A stretch of DNA of 64,000 bases from Amoebidium appalachense (lineage: Eukaryota > Protista > Ichthyosporea): the NCBI GenBank assembly GCA_963693365.1, contig CAVNZM010000001.1:11620161-11684160 (forward strand). Direction: 5' to 3'. Under the pieces are notes generated by a model. That model did no database searches, was not told where the DNA came from, and saw only the letters and a program-made list of their open reading frames with translations. Below are positions 1-13,771 of this stretch, piece by piece. Numbering within the stretch: the first letter of the stretch is position 1; every line of letters starts with the position of its first letter. Both the position numbers and the translations under genes were made by a program.

Positions 1-171
1 TTCAAACTGGAATCGGTATTAATTCTTAGATTCTCATCGCCTGGATGATGGGGTTACTCTCGTTAACATTCTACATGTAAGACTGGTGCTTGGCCTAAAA
101 GGGACATGAGAGAATTCCCGACACCTGGGGAGGAGGGAGAGAGGGAGAGAGGGAGGTAGAGAAGTAGAGAG

Positions 172-221
<50 letters not shown>

Positions 222-390
222 TGTGTGTGTGTGTGTGTGTGAGTGTGTGTGTGCGGGGGGGAAGGGGGGGGGGGGGGGGGGGGGATGGCAGCTGGAAAGA
301 ACCAGACACATTTCTTGTGGAAAACCAAGGGGCAGGATGGAAGCAGAAGCAGGGGGCGGCCGGGAGGGAAGGGGAGGGCGATTTTTAGTG

Positions 391-459
<69 letters not shown>

Positions 460-2062
460 TACCTACCGTAGTAGACCTTCGGTATTCGTAATAACGTAGC
501 TCCTTGCCGACGTTGCACACAAGATAAGTCCTATCGGGCGACTGTCCTGGTTGCGGTCGCTTGTAGGGCAGCGTGGGTGCTCTGTAGGGTACATGTCAGA
601 ACTGAGACATCGGTTTTAACCAAACTTAAGTAGATGATAGCAAACAGAGGTGGTGGCTGGGCTGAACAATCATTTCTGTGTGCAAGAATCTGTTGAGTTC
701 ACATGTACTTGTTTGTTTGCTTAGGCCTAGTGATGGTGGTGGTTTAGTGGTGGTGTGGGTGGTGGTGTGGGGTTTCGTGGGCAGTAGAGCTGGAAGTTAA
801 GTTGGTAGGAAAAGGAAACGCTGTAAAGGCTGTATCTGACAAAATAAGAGTAAAACTAAAAATAAACCAACAGCTGAAAAAAAGTGGCGAAAGGTGTAAC
901 AAACCAAGGAAGGGGAAGGAAGGACATGCAAAAGCTATAAGAGAGAGAGGTTTTCAGATTAAGGAGAAACGGTTCAAAGCCTACTACGTACCCCGTCAGA
1001 CTAGCAAAATTTAGCCGCCGCCGGCCAAGATTGCTATGGTATATGACGTCACACTGATTTGTTACCGAATTTGGTAACAAATTAGTGTGACGTCATATAC
1101 CATAGCAATCTTAGCCGGCGGTGGCTAAATTTTGCTAGTGACGGGTACGTAGTAGGGTTTGAACCGTTAGTCGTTAACCTCTTGAGGACCGGCCTAATTG
1201 ATTTGGACGGGTCCCGTCCAAGGCCTAAACAACTCAATTGCAGCTCAAAATCGATAGAAAAAGCTCAAATAAACTGCATATGCCGACAGGTATATGTCTT
1301 ACCTACATACGTTACTAAGATGGTTTTTGGAAAATATCATTATTTCTTATAATTTTATGTCTGTTTCTGAAGGGACTTTCGAGGTTTGGAATTTTTTTTG
1401 GAACTGCCATTGAATGTCGACTGAGCCGACCAATCACATTCTGCCATTCTCACAAGGTCCAATCAGAAGCTTGCATTGACAGCATTTGGATGTCGACATT
1501 GACTCGTTGAGCCGGCAACCACCCTTCGTAGTTACACCATATACAAATACAAAGTATCGTGTGCTAGAACAAAGTTCTTTTTTTTTTCTTCTCATAAAAC
1601 GAAAAATGAATATTATTTTACTTTCGTGCAAAATATCTTTGGCTAGTTCTTATCAACTTCATGCTCACATTAGAGTACAAACTTGGTCACGTCGAAAAGT
1701 GACACGTCGATCTCGATCTCGTGAAATTTACGGTCCTCAAGAGGTTAACGCCCACTCGTAAAGAAGGGGAGGTGAGGAGGAGAGGGGTTGGGGGTGGGTG
1801 GGTGGGTGGGTGGGGGTGTCATTACTCTATATGCAACATTACGGGAATTTCCTTGACCTCCTTCCCCTGCTGCTTCTTGCTATCGCCACTTGTGATGCTT
1901 GGGGAGCGACGAAACTGAAAGTTCATCCGTTTTGATTTGTGTGATTTTTTGGAGGCCGAACTGCAGGGAGAGTCAATGATCAGCATCCAAGTTATTTCTC
2001 GAGCAATGTGTGGGCGTGTTTGTGTTTGTGTTTGTGTGTTTTTGTGTTTTTGTGTTGTTGTG

Positions 2063-2142
<80 letters not shown>

Positions 2143-3035
2143 CACGCGTGTGAGTTTGTGTGGGGTGATGCACCCTCCCTCTCTCTCACTTTCTTCTTGC
2201 TCGACCTCCCCCCCTGATCCACCTCCCCTCTCTCTCTATCTTTCTCTCTGTGTGTTCATAGTGTTTGTGTGTGTCCGCGGGCCGGGGGGGGGGGGGGGGG
2301 AGGGGGGGGGGGGGGGGGAGCCTCCCACACACGTGGTCAATCAAATGCACGATACAAAACCCAGCATAACAAGACAATACTCAGAAGGACAAGCAAAAAC
2401 AATTTGCAGAGGATACCATATTACCAAATAGATCCCGGGTTTAGATGAATTCAGCCCCCCCCCCCCCCCTCCCCGGGGAGGGGGGGGGGGGGGGGGAGGG
2501 GGATAGGATTTATCATCTGTATATAGCACATTCGTTGTGAATGCCTACTTGCCCCCAAAAATGAGGAATGGGGGGGGGAGGGGGGGATGTATTATGCTGA
2601 TAGGTTTCACTGGTAACTCTAAGAACTACTAGGAGCCCTTCATCAGATTGTGTGTGGAAATCGTTGAGCAATAGTACCGCCACATGTGATGCAGAATATA
2701 AGCCATACCGGAGGGTCGAAGCCCTGTCCAATCAAAATCGAATTATCAACTCTGTATGCTCCTTGACACACACATGCACGTACGGGCACACACACACACA
2801 CACATCCACCAACACGTGTGGATGCACAGAAATCACACTTGCCATACCCACTCCGATCCCCCCCCCCCCCCCCTCCCCCCCCCCCCTCCCTACAGGAAAA
2901 AAAAAAAAAAAAAAAAAAAAAGCGAAAATCAACCATATACCTTCCAACGCTGCTTGGACTTTCCAGAAGTGATGGCCTGTCTCCATCCCCAACCTGGCTC
3001 CTGATGGCAAGAATGGTGGTGGTGGTGGTGGTGGT

Positions 3036-3089
<54 letters not shown>

Positions 3090-3201
3090 AGAGGGGGGGG
3101 GGGGGGGGGGGGGGGGGGATAGAGAGATAGAAAGACCGGGGGAGAGAGAGGGGGAGGGGGGGGGAGAGAGATAGAGGGAGAGGAGAGAGAGAGAGAGGGG
3201 G

Positions 3202-3267
<66 letters not shown>

Positions 3268-4018
3268 GCAGGGGAGGGGAGAGGGGGGGGAGTTAGAACA
3301 GGCTTGATAGATAGAGGAAAGGAAAAGACGAGGGGTGGTGGGGTTATTGTCGGAGTCCTCTTTTGGTGGTGTGTGCATACTGAGAGGGGGGGGGGGGGGG
3401 GGGGGGGGATAGTGTGCGCCCCTCCGTCCTACCTATTCCACTAACTCATAAACGATGTAATCAAACAAAAACACAAACTGAAGTTTTTACCTATCCCCTT
3501 CCTCAAAAATATATATGTAGGAAATCAAAATCAAAATCAGTCACGCATTCTCCCAGCCCTCGCTTTCTCTATCCTTCTCTTTTATGCCTACCCTCTCCCA
3601 ACGCCCAGCACACCCTTCCCGCAACCACAAAACATAAACCGATAAAATGATAAAACAACCAAAAACACGTGAACTGGATTATAACCAACCGTATGCGAAC
3701 TGATAAGATCACCAATAACAAGATTATTTTAATGCTGCTCAGTATACGGTGCTGCCCAAAGTCAAAAGAACCGTTGCCCTTTGGAATAATATCCTCCCCC
3801 CCCCCCCCCCCCCTTCCCTCCCTTTCTGCCTAAAACGCAAATTTCTGAGAACACAGTTGTTATACCGAATCTAACCCCCCCCCTTCCCCCGCGGCCGCCT
3901 GCGCCCATATTTACTCTGCTTTGTATTTTGCTGGTGACACCAGCACAATAGGAATACAAAGCCAGCCCCCCCCCCCCCCCCCCCCCCTCCCTCCCCCCAC
4001 AACGGCCCCCCCCCCTTC

Positions 4019-4058
<40 letters not shown>

Positions 4059-5073
4059 ACCAAAAAAAAAAAAAAAAAAAGAAAAAAAAGAAAAGAGAGA
4101 AAGACAACAAAAACACACAGCCTGACCCTCCCCTCCCCTCCATCCCTTTGGAGCAAGAAAAAGAAAGGGGAGCCTGCACAGAGGTGGGCGGGACCTATAC
4201 ATACCCAAAGCTGTCGGGCCGGCGTAGGGTGCTGGATCCGCCCAAGCCTTCATTGCTGAGCCCACTAATTCTCCGGGGCACAAGGGAGATCATGGACAGG
4301 TGGGTGTGATGACTGTAGATGATGGTGGTTAGACACGGAAATAGTACGGTGATTGCAGAGAGTGAACTAATGCAAAATGGATCGGAAGAACGGAGGGACA
4401 GGATGGGGCTGATAGCCAGGGACAAACGACAGGTGCATAATCGAGCGGGTGCATGATCAAGCGCGTAACGGTGGTGGTGGTGGTGGTGGTGGTGGTGGGG
4501 GGGGAGGGGGGGGGGGGGTGGGGGGGGGAGGGGGGAGGGAAGGAAGGGGGAAGACCTTAGAAGAGGAGAGAGGGGGGGGGGAGGAGACAGATAGAGAGGG
4601 GGAGAGAGAGAGAGTCCCTCCGAGGGAGAGGGAGAGAGAGAGAGGGAGGGGGAGAGAGAGGGAGAGAGGGAGAAAGAGGGGGGGGGGGGGGGGGGAGAAA
4701 GAAGTATATATATATATATATTATTTAGAGAGAGAGAGAGGAGGGAAGAAGAGCGGGAGGGAGGGAGGGAGGGAGGGAGGGAGGGAGGGAGGGAGGGAGG
4801 GAGGGAGGGAGGGAGGGAGGGAGGGAGGGAGGGAGGGAGGGAGGGGGGGAGAGAGGGAGAGAGGGAGAGAGGGAGAGAGGGAGGGAGATCCAAGCTCTAG
4901 CAGTGGCTCATATGTAAACATCCTCGAACTTACTTGTATGGAAGCATTCGGCCATGGGGGTGGATATAGCAGGCCTCTTCTACCAGCACATATCGGCCCT
5001 CGGGCGAGTTGATGTGCTTTTTAATTCGCGTATGCGGAAGCACCGGTGCCCCGCTCTGGCTATAATAGGCCAT
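1..5073 (-). CDS. WDR20/CreC-like WD40 protein, 5' exons; gene presumably continues off the left edge
   Basis: Exon 5073-4934 reads MAYYSQSGAPVLPHTRIKKHINSPEGRYVL...|GTAAGT, resembling the WDR20 N-terminus (IKTQFTTREGLYKL). Exon 581-467 reads DRTYLVCNVGKELRYYEYR|GTAGGT, resembling WDR20 DRLCFNVGRELYFYIYK. Probable intervening exons near 4200-4290, 2940-3000 and 1842-1960 are not fully resolved. Confidence 0.65.
963..1173. mobile_element. Foldback/hairpin MITE flanked by TTAA (Kolobok-like or piggyBac-like)
   Basis: Near-perfect ~200-bp inverted repeat (968-1168) centred near 1068; TTAA at 959-962 and 1174-1177. Confidence 0.7.
1178..1744. mobile_element. piggyBac-like non-autonomous MITE
   Basis: Perfect 14-bp TIR CCTCTTGAGGACCG / CGGTCCTCAAGAGG, flanked by TTAA at 1174-1177 and 1745-1748. 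Confidence 0.8.
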
Positions 5074-6182
5074 GGTGTTTCCTTGTAAGCAGAGCTAGTG
5101 TATCATTCTTTGCATGTTGAGCTCTTCCTACCTAGCTCTTCCTACCCACATTGCCGGAAGCGCAAAAACATCATAACACTTCGCTTCCGGCCCCTCTCTC
5201 AGGTCTTCAGTCTCAGGCCGGTGTCGATCAGCTGCGACCATATGATATTTATAGAACCGCCATGTGATTGGTTTAAACACTCCCTGGCGCCTAATTCAAA
5301 ATACCCAATTAGATTCAAAAAGTATTGAAAGGGGTAAAATACCAGAGGGGTGAAATTCGTTATGGCCAGAATGCTAACAGGTGTTTACCGACGCCAATAT
5401 ATTAGTAAGCTCATTATACAATGTATTTTTAGTTTCAAAACAGTTTTTGCATTCAAAAACAAATAAAAGTAGGCTACTTATCCCATGAAAATACGCTTTC
5501 TGGATATCAATGAAGTAAATGCCAGAATTACATGAAACCAGGCCTAATCCAATCAGCAATCTCTAAGCTTTATATGGAAATTGAACCTAAGGCAACCAGT
5601 ATGGCAAGTAACAAGTGTATGAAAAATGCAACACCAATCAAAACGTTGTTTAACTTTACATAAGTGTTCTGAATGCTTGTATATCATTTTAGGAAACAAT
5701 AAAAAACTGTTATCATTTATGACGATTGCTGTATTTAGGAAGGTCTCATGTGAGAGGCAAATTTCAAAACTCGCGCGCTTGCACCCGCTTCTCCACTCAA
5801 CGAGGCAAGTTGGCAACCAACACACCCTGTGCGGAAAGAGTTTCCTACTATACAGCCGTCTTATGTTGAGAAGGTGAGTTTATTTACTCAAATATATAAT
5901 CAGGCCTAAGCCTCCAGTAGCCTGTTGTTTTTTTTCTTTTTGAAACCTGGCTTCCTGCCTTGAAGTTTCTTTGTTCTACAGAGCTACTATCGTTTCACAA
6001 CTCCCGCGTTGCCCAGGTTCGTTCACCACGATTGAGACTGTAGGTTTGCTGGCTGTTGTGTGGCGTAAAAAATGTCCCTTTTCACCTGCTCTGTTTAGTT
6101 TATTGGGCCTTTTTTGTATTATCTCAATACGCAATCTTTTCTAACAAGTTTTCTGACAGGGCTATCTGAACCAAACGAGAAA
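5074..6182. promoter_or_regulatory. Divergent intergenic region: likely bidirectional promoter plus 5' UTRs
   Basis: 1.1 kb between oppositely oriented ATGs (5073 on -, 6183 on +); free of microsatellites; likely 5'-UTR donor AG|GTGAGT near 5873. Confidence 0.45.
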
Positions 6183-7881
6183 ATGTCGGCCCTCCGTGAA
6201 GCCAGCCAGAATGTGGCTGCCTCCCGGAACTTCAAGAACCGTGGCCTTGGCATGGAGGACGCTCGCTCTCGCCGCCGCGAGACAACAGTGCAGCTCCGAA
6301 AGAGCAACCGTGATGAGCAGGTTAGCAACTCCTCTGTGCAACTTCCCTGTGCACAAGAAGTTTGTACTTGCTTATGCACGATGGTTGTTTTTTTGGTGTC
6401 CTTCCTCTTTCTCCATCCCACCCACTTCTCCCAGCCGCTCTGCCAAGATCACGGGTTTTTCACGTTTGTGCATTTTGAAGAGTTGCCTGCTTCACTTGTT
6501 TGGACCACCTGTTTAAAACCCACACGTGAAATTCATATGACTTCATCTTACAGGAAACTGCCGTAAAGTTTCACAGCCAAAAAAGGCATCCTTGAATAAT
6601 TCGTCCAGAAATCGTTCAGAAATGAGTGTACAGGGCAGGGGCCTTTTCTGCCGATCTCGTTTACTTACCTTCATCTTTCTGTACATAGCTCATGAAGAGG
6701 AGAAACGTGCGCGAGGAGGAGGAGGAGGAGGACGCTAGCCAGCCCCCCATGGATCACAAGACTGCGCTTCAGAACCTGCCCGCTCTGTGTGACTCTCTCT
6801 TCAATTCTGATCCTGATGTTCGCTTCAAAAGCGCTCAGCAGATCAGGTTTGTGCCTCCTTTTAGGGTATTTTTTTCAGGGTTCCTTTGTCCGTTGGTTCC
6901 CAGGAGCTTTGCCCACTTGCTCTACCGTCCTTCCTTGAACTACCTGTTTTGGTTTATTCAACTTGCATGGGGTCTCCTAGCACGCTAGTTAAACCTACCC
7001 GTCCCCATTTCCCCTCTGTCCCTGTCCCCTTTCCGTTCCCCATCCCTTCTTCAACTTTACCTTAAGTGCAGCCCTTGAGAATGTAGGGGGGTTTAATACG
7101 TGTGCTTCTGTGTTGAGCGAAGGCGCCTCTTGTCCTGTTAGCCTCGTTCATTCCCAACCGATTCCGACCCCTTAGCCTCGTCATTCTGAACGCCCCATGC
7201 TCCCTTTCCACAGAAAGCTGCTGTCTAGGGACCGTGACCCACCCATCGACACGGTCATCAAGGCCGATGCTGTTCCCCGCATGGTGCAGCTTCTGGGTGA
7301 CTTCCAGCACCCCAATGTGCAGTTCGAGGTGGCCTGGGCCCTCACAAACGTCGCCTCGGGCACTTCTGCACAGACAGCCACCGTGCTTGACCACGGTATG
7401 TTTTGTGTTGCTAGTGTCCGGATGCTTGTTTCGTGTTTTTTCTTTCGTTGCTTGGCGGATGTTAGAAAAAAATCAGGTGATGTGCCTTCTGCAGCCAACT
7501 TTGGCCACCAACTGTGCCTGTCGGTGCTGAGTTTTCTGCTCACGTGTGTTCATTGTGGTCGTGCCCATGGTGCTTTATCTTGCTTCGAGACATCTCATAT
7601 CTAACGCCCAAATGTGCTTGTCAGTGCTGTGTGTGCTGCCCACTTTGCTTGTTGCGTTTGTCCTTACTATGAATCGTTTTACAAATGAAGCTCAAAATGT
7701 GCTTGTCGGTACGGTGCTGCTCACGTAGCTTGTGTTTCATCTTGCTTCAAGTCATCTTACAGTAATAAGCAGGTTATCGTTCCAATAATCGATAGCAAAC
7801 TAAGATACACTTCTCTATTCTGTGTGCGTGCATACATTTCTATATCTCGTAGCAAAACGAGCCCGTATGGAAAGACAAACT

Positions 7882-7922
<41 letters not shown>

Positions 7923-8213
7923 ATGCACACACGCACACATTTTCCTTTCCTCCTCTGAACCACTGTCTTTCCCCCTCTCAATCACTTTATCCACAAAATA
8001 TGATGACACCTACAACAAAACATATATTGTTGCTCATGTAAAGCAGCCCAGCTACCACTCACATGTATCCCGGCCCATGCAGGTGCTGTGCAGGCCTTTG
8101 TTGCCCTTCTTGCGTCCCCCAGTGAAGAGGTCAAGGACCAGTCTGTGTGGGCACTCGGCAACATTGCTGGTGACTCCGAGACCTTCCGTGACTACGTCCT
8201 GAAGGTACTGCCT

Positions 8214-8257
<44 letters not shown>

Positions 8258-8462
8258 ACCCATCCACCCATCCACCCACCCTCTGAGGTGCCCCCCTCCC
8301 TTCCTTCCTCCTCCTCCACATGTGCACGTACACACACACACACACAGCCACAACCATCAACTTCACACCTGCGTACCAGCTAGATGCCCAGCCCCAGCAA
8401 TAGTGCACTGCTTAGAGTTAGCAATAAAAATAACTATGTCCTGAAGGTCTTGATAGCTTGTC

Positions 8463-8531
<69 letters not shown>

Positions 8532-8912
8532 ACACACACGCCAGCCAGCCAGCCAGCCAGATGCCCAGCAATAACGTACCACTTAGCATTAGCGATAAAA
8601 AACAATCCTCACATAATGACTGTTTTGGGTTCTCCTATCAAACACCAGCGCACATACTCCGTTAGGTTACATTTCTCTGCTTGTCCCTGCCTTCACACAA
8701 ATATCCTAACACCCTTTTTCCCCCCGTTGTAGTGCGGTGCTCTTCCCCCCGTGCTCAACATCCTGTCGACGGGCAGAGCAACCCCTGCCCTGACCCGCAA
8801 TGCCGTGTGGGCCCTCTCGAACATGTGCCGTGGCAAGAAGCCATACCCAGACTTCTCCATCGTCCGCCAAGCCATTCCTACCCTCGCCCGCATGCTCTTT
8901 TCAACTGTAACA

Positions 8913-8943
<31 letters not shown>

Positions 8944-9179
8944 CCACCACCACCACCACCACCACCAAACACACACACATACACACACACACACACCACC
9001 GTCATGGTTACTCCGTGTGTGCGTTTTTTTTGTTTTTGTTTTTGTTTTTGTTTTTGTTTTTTAAAAAAAGCATAATTATACCATGTTATCGGGGTTTAGC
9101 AAAGTCTGCCTGTGTGTTCTTCGTCGTCCCCAAGCGTATTTCCTGCTCTTTCTACTCTGTTCCACATTCTAACCCACCC

Positions 9180-9210
<31 letters not shown>

Positions 9211-9224
9211 ACCACCACCACCAC

Positions 9225-9258
<34 letters not shown>

Positions 9259-9259
9259 C

Positions 9260-9328
<69 letters not shown>

Positions 9329-9447
9329 TAAAAAAAAAGCATAATTATACCATGTTATCGGGGTTTAGCAAAGTCTGCATGTGTGTTCTTCGTCGTCCCC
9401 AAGCGTATTTCCTGCTCTTTCTACTCTGTTCCACATTCTAACCCATC

Positions 9448-9484
<37 letters not shown>

Positions 9485-11088
9485 ACATTCTGAAGAGGGA
9501 CTATGTAGCTACTTATCATGCTTTCTCTGTGTGTGCTCTTCACTTATCACCTATTTTTTTTGCAGAATCTGCAGATGTGTCGTTCGTCATATTCTGTTAC
9601 ACACGCTAACCCCTCCCCCCACTCTCCCTCCCTTCCTCCCCCCACCCCACCCCACCCCACCCCCTCCAACACACACACACATAGGACAAGGAGGTACTCA
9701 CAGACACGTGCTGGGCACTCTCCTACATGAGTGACGGAGACGACAACAAGCTGCAGGCCGTGACCGAGGCCGGGGTTGTGCCCCGCCTGGTGGAGCTGCT
9801 GTCCCACCCCAGCGACGAGGTCAGGTGCCCCACTATCAGGGTCCTGGGCAACATTGTCACCGGCAACGAGATGCATACACAGGTGTGTATCATGTCTCTT
9901 TCTCTCTCTGTCTCCGTGGGTGGGGCTGGGTGGGTGTATTGGTTGTTTTTGTGTGTGTGAGTGGGGGGTGGGTATGCAATGGAGAAGTGGGAGTCGTTGA
10001 TGTTTTAAGGTGTCCCCACCCACCCACCCACCCCCCGCCCGGGAATGTGATCTCCGTTGTGTTGCCGGTTATGAATGTGTACTTCCCCTGCCCACTTATG
10101 ATGCAGACTCCAAGGTGTGCTCTTTTTTTCTCGCAGAATCAGCATTGTGTTGTCTATCCGTGAATATGTATATTTTTGTACTGAAGAAAACACACATTGT
10201 TTCCCCCACCCCTTCTTTCCCTCCACACAGACACACAAACACACACATCCTCACCTGCATCTTTACTCCACCCTGCCATGCCATACAACCAACCCGCCCC
10301 TTTTCTTTAAGTATTCCCCTTCAGCTGGTGCCCAATGCAGGGGTTGCTTCACGCACGCACACACACGCACACGCACACGCACAACCTCCCTTGCACCCTC
10401 ACTCCTCCCAGCCACACCATCAACCCACCCATTCTCTAACACATTCCTATTTTCCATCAGCTCGTGCTCAATGCAGGTGTTGTTCAACCAGTTCTTCAAC
10501 TTCTGCGCACAGGCAAAGGGATGCTCAAGAAGGAAGCAGCGTGGACACTTTCCAACATTGGTGCCGGCAGTGTGAGCCAGATCCAAACGTTGCTCAACAA
10601 CGACGTGGCCCCTGCCCTGATCTACGCCATGACAAACGAGGGTGATCAGAAGGTCCAGAAGGAGGCCGCTTGGGCTATTGCAAACATCGTGTCGGGTAAG
10701 CCAACCAACCAACCCCCCCCCGGCGCCTGGGGGGGAGCACGCTTACGGACATCTTCGGCTTTCAAGAATCAATCTCACTTGTTAGCCTTTTCCTTCGATT
10801 TTAATTCCTGTTGTTGTTCTTTTTTCCGGGGGGGGGGGGGGGGGGGGGGGGTTACGTAACACGAGCTCTTACTGGCCTGTGAGTCTTGTATGATAATGCA
10901 TGAGGGCTAACGTGAGGCCGGTGGGGGCACAGGGGGAACGGACGATCACATCAAGCAGCTGGTGCGTCAGGGGGTGATCAGCCCCATGGTGGCCATGCTT
11001 CAGCCATCGGTCGAGGGCAAGCTTCTCAAGATTATGCTCGACAGCCTCATGAGAATACTCAAGGTGTGTGCGTGTGTGTTTTTTTTGT

Positions 11089-11124
<36 letters not shown>

Positions 11125-12147
11125 CATTTTCATGTGGTAGGAGGCTAATAGGTCATGCGATTAGAATTGCTTCCCTTCGTGGCCGTAATATGATTGTGTA
11201 TATGCACTATATACACGAGGCTACGTCGTACGTCTGTATGTGGATATGGGTGTAAATGTGTAGGTATATTTACTATTTGTGGTGTGTGTGTGTGTGCGCG
11301 CGTAAATGTGTACACCTGTACATGTATCCGTACTTCATAAGGGGCAACCAACAAACTTGCCGAACAGGTCAATAGTTCAGTGCAAAACATGTTCCTTTGC
11401 ATTGGTTTACTACTTGTTGAATGCTTAGGCTTACACCATGTCTGCAGGTGGGAGCCACCATGAGCGGGGGGCTTGAGAACCAGTATGCCATGTACGTGGA
11501 GGAGGCAGGGGGCCTGGACCAGCTCGAAGCCCTGCAGGAGCACAGGAACGAGGAGGTCTACCAGGTCCGTTTCTCTCTCTCTCTTCTCTCCCCTCTCTTC
11601 TGTTACCTTTTTCAGGTGCCCGGGGGAGGGGGGCACGTTGAATGAGCCAGTGAAGAAATGTTGAAGGTTGCCAACAATGCCCCTGAATAGCTACATGTGT
11701 TTGTTTTTACTGCTTTCACCACGTCCCCTTTCCCCTCCCCCTCCTTTCATCTATGTCTTAAATCCAGGTCATTATTTCTATCGCCTTTGTTCACATTCCT
11801 TTCATGTCTTGCACTCTACACCTGGTTTTTCATTTTTCTCGAGCAGAAGTCCTCGTTTTACTGCCTCTGCCACCCTCCCTTTCACCTCCCTGTTACTATT
11901 GTGTTTATCCAACTCATGATTTCCATCGACTTGGCAGGCTCACGTTTATTTCATGTCTTGCACACTCACTAATGCCTGGTTTTTTATTTTTCTTGAGCAG
12001 AAGTCCTACGACATTGTCACCAAGTACTTCAGCGATGATGCCGATGACGATGCAGAGAACACGGCCCCCGTTGCCGGCACCACTCAATACCACTTCCAGC
12101 CCCTCAACCAGCCCTCGAACAACGGCTTTTCCGGCTTCAACTTCTAA
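6183..12147 (+). CDS. KPNA: Importin subunit alpha (karyopherin alpha), 10 coding exons, about 533 aa
   Basis: Exons 6183-6320, 6689-6846, 7214-7395, 8083-8204, 8733-8906, 9685-9882, 10461-10695, 10933-11063, 11448-11564, 12001-12147, all GT-AG. IBB domain ([26 protein letters not shown]); ARM motifs [56 protein letters not shown]; C-terminus GFNF. Confidence 0.95.
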
Positions 12148-12370
12148 TAATGGCCATATGTGCGCATATAGTGTGCATCTCTATCAAGCTAGTAATTCGT
12201 TTTTTTAGGATGGAAGATTATAATGCAATAATAAGGTTTTGGCGTTTGTGCCGCAGTGGTTTTTTGGATGGCAGATTGTAGTTCACAAGACAGCAAGAGA
12301 GTGAGAAATTCATAAGACTCTAAACGTGGTTGTTACGTAACCAAAAAATTAACGCTTTCTAGTTTTCCAT

Positions 12371-13395
12371 CATACCCACATAAGCTATGTACTAACACAA
12401 ACATCTTCCCCACACTCTCTGCTCTGCAACGGTTACGATAACCCCTACCCACATGATGGGCTGGAGGTGTTCCATTGTGGCAAGGGTCGAGACAGGTACG
12501 TGTGCTTGGACGCACAAATAAATCCATCGGGCTGGGCCCTGATGTAACCGGACAAGTGTTCCCCCCCCCCCTCTCTCTCTCTCTCTCACATATACGCATG
12601 CACACGGGTGTGCACTAACAGCCTGGCAGCCCTCACTACACCGTCACAAGGCTTGCACCACATGATTTGCTATGGCCAGTTATGCTACGTTATTGGTCTG
12701 CTCCCCCCCTCCACCCCATGGCCACCCCATCAATTCTCCATCTGCAGTAACTTACCAGAGCGTGTTGGACACTGCAGTGGCCGGTAATTGTACATGGCCA
12801 TGTGTATGCACGTAAGATCGATGGATTTGATCGATGAAGAGACGGAAGCTGCTTACGTCCTCACTAGCAAGTTCTTATATGGGCGTGCCTCGATGCCTTT
12901 GGCCATGGGCCCAAATGTACTTGAGGGAGGCAAAAAGACAGGAATCCTTATCGGGTGGATTTGCAATTGTACTGGCCGGCGCGGCAGAGGGGATTCGAGA
13001 AAGGGTGCTAGGGGGGGATGTGGGGGGATGATCATCGAGGTAGTAGCATTTGTGTTAGCGCTAGCACAGCACAAAAATAGTAAAGAAAAAGGTTAACACA
13101 TTTGTGCAAGCTAGCGTGGCCATGCATGGGAGCTGCTTGTGTGTTGGCCTGGGTGCTAATATACATGTTTTTTTCTTGGTGTGGGTGTGACACTCACATG
13201 TGGGGGAGGGGGCCACTTGTACTTGTCCGGTTACATCAGGGCCCAGCCCGATGGATTTATTTGTGCGTCCAAGCACACGTACCTGTCTCGACCCTTGCTA
13301 CAATGGAACACCTCTAGCCCATCATGTGGGTAGGGGTTATCGTCACCATTTTGTAGTGTGGGGAAGATGTGTTGTAGGGATATATATGGGTATGA
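12371..13395. repeat. Long inverted repeat (foldback-like element)
   Basis: 12437-12557 is the reverse complement of 13221-13342 with few mismatches; looser similarity extends out to 12371 and 13395. Confidence 0.75.
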
Positions 13396-13431
13396 ACTTA
13401 CTGTGTAGGTACATCTGTGCATGTGCGTGTG

Positions 13432-13694
13432 CACATGTAGGGCCCAACCACATCGGCTGAGTTCACTTGCTCCAATGAGTCTAATCATTCTTCAAGAAGC
13501 AGAATTATTCTGCAAAAGCAGAAAGCCCTATACTTATAATTCTGCTTAAAGTAGAATTTTCTGCTAAAAGCAGAGTGAGTCTGCTTTTGTAGAATAATTC
13601 TGCAAAAAAAAAAAAAAAAGATATATTCCGCTTTTGCAGCATAGTTCTGTTTTTTGCAAGTTGACTCTGCCAATGTGGTTGGGCCCTACATGTG
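13432..13694. repeat. MITE-like inverted repeat with internal GCAGAATTATTCTGC palindromes
   Basis: Arms 13432-13470 and 13656-13694 (CACATGTAGGGCCCAACCACAT / ATGTGGTTGGGCCCTACATGTG). Confidence 0.6.
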
Positions 13695-13730
13695 TGCATG
13701 TGTGGTGTCCGTGGTGGCAGTAGCATGCAT

Positions 13731-13771
<41 letters not shown>

